10,724 bases of DNA from Coleofasciculus chthonoplastes F2-STO-03 (GTDB taxonomy: Bacteria; Cyanobacteriota; Cyanobacteriia; Cyanobacteriales; Coleofasciculaceae). The DNA lies in the NCBI GenBank assembly GCA_040222015.1, contig JAVJWO010000074.1, positions 1-10,724 on the forward strand. Direction: 5' to 3'. The notes beneath the pieces are model-generated. The model was not told the DNA's origin and did not search any database. It saw only the letters and a list, made by a program, of their open reading frames with translations. Shown one piece after another: positions 1-6,681 of this stretch. The translations under genes and the position numbers were made by a program. Each line of letters starts with the position of its first letter. The first letter of the stretch is position 1.

Positions 1-63
1 AAAAAACACCGGATTCTCAACCGCGATCGCACGCCAGAAATGTCGCGGTAGTGAGAGGTGGGG

Positions 64-136
64 CAGGGCGGGTTTTGGATAAAGGTTATTGGTTTGTGGG
101 TTAAGTTTGTCCCTAAACCCGCCCCTACAGACAAAT
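64..136. repeat. REP/REPIN-like inverted-repeat element, copy A
   Basis: Arms GGGCGGGTTT (66-75) and AAACCCGCCC(CTAC) (115-128) flank a 39-nt spacer. 110-136 is identical to 934-960. Confidence 0.8.
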
Positions 137-171
137 GAAACTCGCCCTAATCCCAACCTCTAAATTGATCA

Positions 172-756
172 TTAAGCGCCATAGTACGCGGGTTCTTTCC
201 CCGGTTTCCATTTGATATTGCAGCCGATACTAGGTTTTTGTTCTTCACTGACGGGAGACTGCGCCAATACCGAATCGATCGCCGATCGCAGATCCTTACC
301 CGTCACAGGTTTATCATTCCCAGGGCGGCTATCGTCGAATTGTCCTCGGTAGACGAGTTGGCGATCGCGATCGAACACAAAGAAGTCTGGCGTACAGGCG
401 GCTGTATAGGCTTTAGCCGTTTCCTGGCTTTCGTCATAACACAAGGGAAACGTCAATCCTAATTCTTTTGCCATTTCCTTTAACTTCTCAGGCGCATCGT
501 CGGGGTGAGTCGTGGCATCGTTGGCGCTAATTGCTACAATCCCCAGATCTGTATCCTGGTAGTCTCGACCTAGTTTGGCTAATTCTCCCTGTACATGCTT
601 GACAAATGGACAATGACGACAGAGAAATATCACCACTAATCCCTGTTTCCCCGCAAACGTGTCTAAGGATATCGTTTCGCCCGATACTACATCGGGTAAC
701 TGGAATTCTGGGGCTTTGTTGCCTAGAGGCAACATGGTTGAGGCTGTGAGTGCCAT
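172..756 (-). CDS. Thioredoxin-family protein (AhpC/TSA, redoxin-like)
   Basis: Contains APEFQLPD, CRHCPFV (CxxC), YTAACTPDFFVFD, YRGQFDDSRP and PSIGCNIKWK. ATG at 756 is preceded by AAGGAG (770-765), so it is preferred to the ORF-track start at 765. Confidence 0.9.
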   Translation of the reverse strand: MALTASTMLPLGNKAPEFQLPDVVSGETISLDTFAGKQGLVVIFLCRHCPFVKHVQGELAKLGRDYQDTDLGIVAISANDATTHPDDAPEKLKEMAKELGLTFPLCYDESQETAKAYTAACTPDFFVFDRDRQLVYRGQFDDSRPGNDKPVTGKDLRSAIDSVLAQSPVSEEQKPSIGCNIKWKPGKEPAYYGA

Positions 757-817
757 GATTTTCACTCCTTTGGTGACGAATTAGAGGATTTGATTGTTGA
801 ACATATAGGCGGGGAGA

Positions 818-845
818 GGGAACAGCGAACGGGGAACAGGGAACA
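818..845 (+). repeat. Short tandem heptamer repeat (STRR-like), (GGGAACA)x4, degenerate
   Basis: GGGAACA GCGAACG GGGAACA GGGAACA. Confidence 0.65.
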
Positions 846-887
846 AAACGATTTTTTATAAGCTTAACTTCTTAATTGGTTGATTTA

Positions 888-960
888 CAGGGCGGGTTTT
901 GAATAAACGCTATCATCAATCGCAACAGGAAAATCCCTAAACCCGCCCCTACAGACAAAT
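888..960. repeat. REP/REPIN-like inverted-repeat element, copy B
   Basis: Same arms and same 73-nt length as copy A, with a different central sequence. Lies just downstream of the rpaA stop. Confidence 0.8.
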
Positions 961-1001
961 AATGGCGCGTCTCAACACTCAACACTTCTCCAATCCCCAA
1001 T

Positions 1002-1751
1002 CTATTCTGATTTTGCTGAATTGGATGATCCCGCCTCAGCGGTTTCTTCACTATTGGGTAACTCCAGACAGTATCCCGCACCGTATACTGTTTTAATATA
1101 TTGGGGATGACGGGGATCAGGTTCGAGTTTGGTTCTCAGGTGGCGCACATGAACACGAATGGTTTCAATATCGTCATCTGGATCATATCCCCAGACTTCT
1201 TTGAGAATTTCACTAGGAGAAACCGTTTGACCATGACGCTGCAATAAGCAGTGTAGCAGTTCAAATTCCAGGTGGGTTAATTTGACCGTCTGATTAAACC
1301 AAATCGTCTCAAACCGTTCTGGAATCAGGGTCAAGGGACCATAGTTGAGGATTTCCGTATGCTTGGCGGCTTGGGGGATGCGGTCAGTACGTCGCAGTAA
1401 GGCGCGTACCCGTGCTAGCATTTCTTCGAGTTCAAAGGGTTTGGTCAGATAATCGTCCGCACCGGCATTAAACCCTTCTACCTTATCCTGCGTTTGACCC
1501 AACGCCGTCAGCATCAACACGGGAATATCCGTGGTGCGTTCATCCCGACGCAACCGTTGGCAAACGGTAAAGCCATCGACTCGAGGGAGCATTAAGTCTA
1601 GCATGATCAGGTCGGGCTGGAGTTGCAGCGCGATCGCCTGACCCTTGATACCATCGGGCGCTTGGTGAACTTCGTATCCTGCCATTTCTAGGTTAATGGA
1701 GACCAGTTCTGAGATTGCGGGATCGTCATCGATTAAAAGGATTCTATGCAT
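1002..1751 (-). CDS. rpaA: OmpR-family response regulator RpaA (circadian clock output regulator)
   Basis: Receiver domain ([34 protein letters not shown]) and winged-helix domain. RpaA-characteristic segments: [83 protein letters not shown] at 1751; alternative GTG at 1754. Confidence 0.92.
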   Translation of the reverse strand: MHRILLIDDDPAISELVSINLEMAGYEVHQAPDGIKGQAIALQLQPDLIMLDLMLPRVDGFTVCQRLRRDERTTDIPVLMLTALGQTQDKVEGFNAGADDYLTKPFELEEMLARVRALLRRTDRIPQAAKHTEILNYGPLTLIPERFETIWFNQTVKLTHLEFELLHCLLQRHGQTVSPSEILKEVWGYDPDDDIETIRVHVRHLRTKLEPDPRHPQYIKTVYGAGYCLELPNSEETAEAGSSNSAKSE

Positions 1752-1825
1752 CACTTAAGTGGTTACTAATAGGACTTGTTAAGGTTGGATAAGAACTGTC
1801 ACAGAAAACTACAGATACTGTACCG

Positions 1826-1831
1826 ATTATA
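1826..1831 (-). promoter_or_regulatory. Candidate -10 element (TATAAT) for rpaA
   Basis: ATTATA on the + strand reads TATAAT on the - strand, about 75 nt upstream of the rpaA start. Confidence 0.4.
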
Positions 1832-1895
1832 AGCGCTGATTCTAAACTACTTGTGAAGAAAATGGAAATTTTCTGTTTTTTTTCGGTAAATAAGG

Positions 1896-1901
1896 TATAA
1901 T
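1896..1901 (+). promoter_or_regulatory. Candidate -10 element (TATAAT) driving the omega-RNA
   Basis: Perfect TATAAT 40 nt upstream of the scaffold start, in AT-rich DNA. Predicts a TSS near 1908. Confidence 0.4.
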
Positions 1902-1941
1902 TTATTGCTTTCTTTAATTAATCCCCTTTTTGTCCTAGCGA

Positions 1942-2176
1942 GTCAACGACCCGCGCTTCATCCGTAAGGATAGAAGCGGGGCGTGAAAACGTCCATAGTT
2001 GACCAGCCTGAGTCTTAAATGACTACGCTATTGAAGCCATCACACCTATGAATGCGTTGAGCCAGTTTATAGCTCTGTGGCTTGTCATTAAACATCCGAG
2101 TTGGGTTGAGGAAGTGTGGCAATCATGACAAACTTCAATAGCATTGGCGAGGCTCACATTACCCGTTTAACGGAGG
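1942..2176 (+). ncRNA. IscB-type omega-RNA (HEARO) scaffold, stand-alone (no iscB)
   Basis: Motif order matches IscB omega-RNAs: GTCAAC(GACCC)...GTTGACCAGCCTGAG...GACTACG...CACC..TGCG..GCCAG..CTCTGT..TTAAACA..AGTG..CATTGGCGAGGC..ATTACCCG..GGAGG. Helices: GTCAAC 1942-47/GTTGAC 1998-2003; CGCTTC-ATCC[GTAA]GGAT-A-GAAGCG 1954-78; AGTC/GACT 2011-24; perfect 10-bp GCTATTGAAG 2027-36/CTTCAATAGC 2133-42; CTATGAA 2046-52/TTTATAG 2066-72; pseudoknot GCCAG 2061-65/TTGGC 2144-48; AGCCT 2005-09/AGGCT 2150-54. Confidence 0.85.
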
Positions 2177-2242
2177 ACAAGAAGTTGAACACATTCAACC
2201 TCGTAGTCGAGGTGGTTCTAATAGACCTCCCTGAAGCAGACC

Positions 2243-4357
2243 CTAGTTATCATCATCCTCTTCAGATGACTCCCGGTTCGATTCTTTTTTCAACTCCTCA
2301 AGTTCACGCTGCGTTTGCTCTTTCCCCCGCTTTGCCTCTTTGTAATCGGGTTGATACGTCAAAGCGTTTTCATAAGAGGTCAATGCTTCACTGTATCGCT
2401 TTAGGTTAAATAGAGCATTAGCGCGACTATTCCAGGCTTGGTAATAGCTGCGCTTATGGGCAACAGCTTGGTCATACGCCGCGATCGCGTCTTGGTATCG
2501 TTGCAATATATAGAAGACATTCCCCCGGTTATACCAGGCTTGCTCCGAATTGGGTCTCAGTTTCACCGCCTTCTCGTAAGCCGTTAATGCTTCATCATAA
2601 CGCTCCAATTTATGCAACGCCCAAGCTCGACCATACCACGCCTCATAACTGTTGGGCTGAAGTTTAACCGCTTCTTCAAATGCGGCTAACGCTTCTTGAT
2701 ACTGGCTTAACTTGTTTAAAATACTGCCCTGACTGTACCACGCTCGATAAAAATCTGGCTGAAATTGAACCGCTTTCTGGTAAGACTCCACCGCGTCACG
2801 GTGTTTGTTTAAATTGACAAACGCATTACCCCGTTGATACCAAGATTCGGCGAAATCGGGCTTATATTCTATGGCTTGGTCGTAGGATTGAAGCGCCTCT
2901 TCATACTGTTGTAAATTATGGAATGCCCAGCCACGCTGATACCAGGCTGAGGCATAATTGGGTTGAATCTCTAAGGCTTTATCGTAAGATGCGATCGCCG
3001 CCGAATAGCGCTGTAACTCCATCTGTACCATCCCGCGACGTTCCCAGGTTTCCACGTCCTCCGGTTGCATTTTCGTTACCTGATCAAACGCACTAATCGC
3101 GGCTTCATAACGCTGCAATGCAACTAACGCCTCTCCTCGTCCTTTCCACGCCTCTGGATACTCACGCTGAATTTGAATCGCCTGATCATAAGCATCCAAC
3201 GCCGCCTCAGACTGACCCAATGCCAAAAGCGCATCCCCTTGACCCAGCCAAGCTTCAGCATAGTCCGGTTGCAGTTCAACGGCACGATTATAAGCGCTGA
3301 GGGCGTCCTCATACCGCCTCAACTCCAGCAGTGTTTCACCTCGGTTATAGGATTGAGTCGCGTTGGTGGAATTAATCCAATTGATAATCCCGATTGTCGC
3401 CCCTCCTCCAGCCGCTATTATCGCCCCAGTAATCAAGAACGCCAGTATCAGTTTCTGCCGTTGAGACGATTGAGGAACAGGTGGTAGGGATGGGGATGTC
3501 GCCGCTACAGCCACCGTCGCCTTCGTGGGTTGGGTTAAATCCTGCAACGCCTGCACAGCAGCTTCCGCAGAGGGGTAACGTTGGCGAAAATCGTAGCGGA
3601 TCATTTTATCCAGAACTTTCGCCAACTCTGGAGAAACCGAGGTGCGATCGCGCCAGCACAGTTCTCCACTGTCGGGATCAACGGGCAGTTCCTGAGGCGC
3701 TACCCCGGTTAATGCTTGAATCCCCACAATTCCCACCGCATAGATATCACTACTCAAACGGGGATTCCCATTGGCTTGTTCACTGGGTCGATATCCCGGC
3801 GTACCAATCGCCACCGTAAAGCTAGAGGATTTTCCCTGCACTATCTGAGTGCTAACTTGTTTAACCGCGCCAAAATCAATTAGGACTAACTTGCGATCGC
3901 ATTTACGCCGGATCAGGTTGTGGGGATTAATATCTCGGTGAATCACATGATGCTGATGAACAAACGCTAATATAGTCAGGATTTCCTGCAACAGATCAAT
4001 CACCTGCTGATCTGACCAAGACGTTCCCGGCGTCAATTCTTTACTCAGATTATCCCCTTCAACCAGTTCCTGCACCAAATAAAATTCTTGACTCTCTTCA
4101 AAATAGGCAAATAGCTGCGGAATTTGGTTGTGATGACCCAACTGATGCAGGATTTTAGCTTCCGTTTCAAACAAACGCCGCGCCGTCTGCAAGGTAAACG
4201 GGTCAGTCGCTTGGGGTTTGAGTTGCTTCACCACACAATCGCGATCGCTAGGCAAATGTTGGTCTTGGGCGACAAATGTAGCACCAAACCCACCTTGTCC
4301 CAGTTGCCGCAAGATATTATAGCGTCCACCAATTGTTTGTCCGAGAGCCAAGTTCAT
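2243..4357 (-). CDS. Pkn2-type serine/threonine protein kinase with one TM segment and 10 TPR repeats
   Basis: Kinase motifs LGQGGFG, CVVKQL, HRDINPHN, DFG, GTPGY and DIYAVG. Hydrophobic segment LILAFLITGAIIAAGGGATIGII. Ten 34-aa TPRs (AW..RG..L..L..Y.EA...Y..A....P). Confidence 0.93.
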   Translation of the reverse strand: MNLALGQTIGGRYNILRQLGQGGFGATFVAQDQHLPSDRDCVVKQLKPQATDPFTLQTARRLFETEAKILHQLGHHNQIPQLFAYFEESQEFYLVQELVEGDNLSKELTPGTSWSDQQVIDLLQEILTILAFVHQHHVIHRDINPHNLIRRKCDRKLVLIDFGAVKQVSTQIVQGKSSSFTVAIGTPGYRPSEQANGNPRLSSDIYAVGIVGIQALTGVAPQELPVDPDSGELCWRDRTSVSPELAKVLDKMIRYDFRQRYPSAEAAVQALQDLTQPTKATVAVAATSPSLPPVPQSSQRQKLILAFLITGAIIAAGGGATIGIINWINSTNATQSYNRGETLLELRRYEDALSAYNRAVELQPDYAEAWLGQGDALLALGQSEAALDAYDQAIQIQREYPEAWKGRGEALVALQRYEAAISAFDQVTKMQPEDVETWERRGMVQMELQRYSAAIASYDKALEIQPNYASAWYQRGWAFHNLQQYEEALQSYDQAIEYKPDFAESWYQRGNAFVNLNKHRDAVESYQKAVQFQPDFYRAWYSQGSILNKLSQYQEALAAFEEAVKLQPNSYEAWYGRAWALHKLERYDEALTAYEKAVKLRPNSEQAWYNRGNVFYILQRYQDAIAAYDQAVAHKRSYYQAWNSRANALFNLKRYSEALTSYENALTYQPDYKEAKRGKEQTQRELEELKKESNRESSEEDDDN

Positions 4358-4534
4358 CTGGTTGAAAAGGAAATCCCAGCCTTGCTATGCAGTAATGATA
4401 TGATTGATTCTGACACAAAATTCTGCTAATCCCCTTTCGCCGCCCTATTCCGTGCAACTCCGCCTCTTCGTCTCTCCGCCTCAATACTGCTCAGATAAGC
4501 TGTCAATGAATATTATCTTCCCCATCTCCCATTC

Positions 4535-5407
4535 CTACATCCCAATTGGTTTCGGGATGAAATGACATTGATGCAACTCCCCATTGGGCATCGTCGTACC
4601 GCTCAAATTTGCCCCTTCTAGATTTGTATGACTCAAATTCGCCCCTTGTAAATTAGCACCACTGAGAGTCGCCTCACTCAAATTTGCGTCCTGCAAGTTG
4701 GCATCACGGAAGTCTGTCCAACGTAAGTTAGCCTTACTTAAATTGACCCGACTCAGATTCGCCCCTTGTAAGTTTTCTCTCTTGAGCTGAACACCGCTTA
4801 AATCTACTCCGGCGAGAGAGACATCAGGCGCAATTAAATAAGCACCCCCTTGTTTAAGATTAAACGCTTTAGGAAAACAAGTTTGCAGATTGTACAGACT
4901 GCTTTGCCACTTAACTTGCTCCAGATTTGCCTCACTTAAATCAGTTTCAAATAAATAACTGCGACTCAGATTGCTGCGACTCAGAGTAGCCCCAATTAAC
5001 AGAGAACCCCGCAGATCCGCGCCCAATAGGTTAACCTGGCAGAGGTTAGCACCATTGAGATCAGCACCCATCAACCGGGCAAAACTTAAATTAGTCCCAG
5101 TTAAATCCACACCCGTCAACGTGGCAAAACTCAAGTTCGCCGCCACTAAATTTGCTCCCATCAAATCAGCACCACTCAAGTCAGCACCTCGCAGATTTGC
5201 TCCTTGCAAGTCAACTCCCTGCAAATTGGCATTATGCAGGGTAGCGCGGCTCAAGTTAGCGTGGACTAATGTAGTTTGGCTCAGGTTGGCATGAGTTAAA
5301 TCTACTGCTCTCAGCGTCGCGCCTCTGAGGGTGACTCCATTGAGATCAATGAGAAAAAAATCCCGTTCGCCTGCGGCATATCTGCTCAATAGTTCATCAG
5401 GGTTCAT
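4535..5407 (-). CDS. Pentapeptide-repeat protein
   Basis: Typical cyanobacterial N-terminus ELLSRYAAGERDF. Two runs of A(D/N)Lxx repeats separated by a YNLQTCFP linker. C-terminal TMPNG cap. Confidence 0.93.
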   Translation of the reverse strand: MNPDELLSRYAAGERDFFLIDLNGVTLRGATLRAVDLTHANLSQTTLVHANLSRATLHNANLQGVDLQGANLRGADLSGADLMGANLVAANLSFATLTGVDLTGTNLSFARLMGADLNGANLCQVNLLGADLRGSLLIGATLSRSNLSRSYLFETDLSEANLEQVKWQSSLYNLQTCFPKAFNLKQGGAYLIAPDVSLAGVDLSGVQLKRENLQGANLSRVNLSKANLRWTDFRDANLQDANLSEATLSGANLQGANLSHTNLEGANLSGTTMPNGELHQCHFIPKPIGM

Positions 5408-5675
5408 CTGAATCTACCTTTATGTTTGGCTAACCCTTAGTCGTCTCGTTGCGGAATTTGTACAGCCAATGCCGATTTATTCTCTACAAACAATTGAAAG
5501 GCTGAGTAGAGAGCTTCAACGAGGGTTAATAGATCGGATGCTTTGGCGGCATTCACAGCAACTTGACAAACTTGAGTCGTGACTTCTCTGCAAGTAGATG
5601 CGCTGACCTGATTTATTTTCCCGACAGATCAATCTTAATCATAGCAGTTGCCAGACGTCAAAAAATCGTATAGTT

Positions 5676-6041
5676 TCATCTTTCAAAAGGATTTAATAAC
5701 TGTAATTCCTCAATCCATTGAAAGTTATTTACATTCCGGGTGACTAATATAAGATTATGTGTTAGAGCCGTTCCTGCGATAATGGCATCTCCTACCGTCA
5801 TGCGTCTCATTTGGCGTAGTGCTACAGCTTGATTTAAAACAGGCTGCGAAATTGGCAAGACTAACGCTACCGCAAAAAATTCATCCAGAAGTTGGCGCTC
5901 CATCTCCGTCAAACGATGATAGCCCAATGTTTCAACGTAACTGAGTGCAGAAACGGCTGAATCATGGTTGGCAATGAATTCACGTAACCAGGCATATTCA
6001 GGGCGAGTTGCGTAAATGATAATATTGCTATCCAGCAGCAT
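5676..6041 (-). CDS. vapC: VapC-family PIN-domain toxin
   Basis: PIN motifs MLLDSNIIIY, SALSYVE, DAIIAGTAL and LVTRN..NF. GGAGGAG RBS (6054-6048) supports ATG 6041 rather than 6065. Confidence 0.88.
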   Translation of the reverse strand: MLLDSNIIIYATRPEYAWLREFIANHDSAVSALSYVETLGYHRLTEMERQLLDEFFAVALVLPISQPVLNQAVALRQMRRMTVGDAIIAGTALTHNLILVTRNVNNFQWIEELQLLNPFER

Positions 6042-6306
6042 CATTCGCTCCTCCAGGGCGTTCACGATCCTGTCTGATCTGGCGCTGCCATACCAACGGA
6101 TCGATTTCTGAAAATGCCTGTGACTGCGCTAATTTTTCGAGTATTGCTGCCATTTGTTGCCCACGATTATGGGTTATAGTGATCGCCTCTTCGTCTAGAA
6201 AAGTAACCAGAACCTGAACAGTGCGATCGCCCTGAAACCACTGATTGACTTCCTCTTGCCATTCCAGTAAATTTCCTTTCAGGATTGCCCGAAATGTATG
6301 CAGCAT
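6028..6306 (-). CDS. Putative antitoxin paired with VapC
   Basis: 92-aa ORF immediately upstream of vapC and overlapping it by 14 nt. Beta-rich N-terminus (TFRAILKGNLLEW..VQVLVTFL) and C-terminal DPLVWQRQIRQDR. Confidence 0.7.
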   Translation of the reverse strand: MLHTFRAILKGNLLEWQEEVNQWFQGDRTVQVLVTFLDEEAITITHNRGQQMAAILEKLAQSQAFSEIDPLVWQRQIRQDRERPGGANDAAG

Positions 6307-6324
6307 GACTACTTGCTTTAAAGG

Positions 6325-6346
6325 TTGAACTCTATTCTAACTTCAA
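6325..6346 (-). promoter_or_regulatory. Candidate TA promoter/operator
   Basis: TAGAAT -10 on the - strand (6339-6334) sits inside the inverted repeat TTGAA-N12-TTCAA, about 20-40 nt upstream of the antitoxin start. Confidence 0.35.
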
Positions 6347-6458
6347 GGCGTGCGATCGCTCTTTATTGAATAGTAGTGAACCAGTTGTAACAAACGCAGT
6401 GATAGGAATAGGAGTAAATCCTACTTCGGCTGTAACCATAACAACTATATTCCGCTTC

Positions 6459-6489
6459 CCTCCCCTCGTAGGGGAGGACTAGGGAGAGG
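6459..6489. repeat. GC-rich intergenic hairpin repeat
   Basis: CCTCCCCT-CGT-AGGGGAGG followed by a G-rich tail (ACTAGGGAGAGG). Resembles small dispersed repeats of filamentous cyanobacteria. Confidence 0.45.
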
Positions 6490-6681
6490 TTAACATTTCC
6501 GTTCTGTCAACCGTGCCAAAAATAACAATTGGAAACTCTAAATCTGTTCACAATGAACATTATGCCAGGAAAACAACAAAACTTTAACCCAATAGGTTTA
6601 AGAGTTGTTAAAAGTTATTGAATAGTGATGGAATTCAGGTAGAATCTTCTCTTTATAAGAACGGCGACCTGGATAAGTGAG

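Noticed and set aside
2116..2409. 97-aa + strand ORF as a possible iscB remnant (VVLID...PLQMTP loosely recalls the PLMP domain; GGAGG precedes a TTG at 2185)
   Set aside because: It starts inside the omega-RNA, and the PLQMTP portion is simply the antisense of the kinase C-terminus. No RuvC, bridge-helix or HNH motifs.
4427..4437. 11-nt match (TAATCCCCTTT) between the putative omega-RNA guide (1919-1929) and the kinase upstream region
   Set aside because: Short, low-complexity, and not in the scaffold-proximal seed. Compatible with chance.
6432..6445. GTA-N8-AAC as an NtcA site upstream of the Nif11-like gene
   Set aside because: It mismatches the GTA-N8-TAC consensus and has no appropriately spaced -10.
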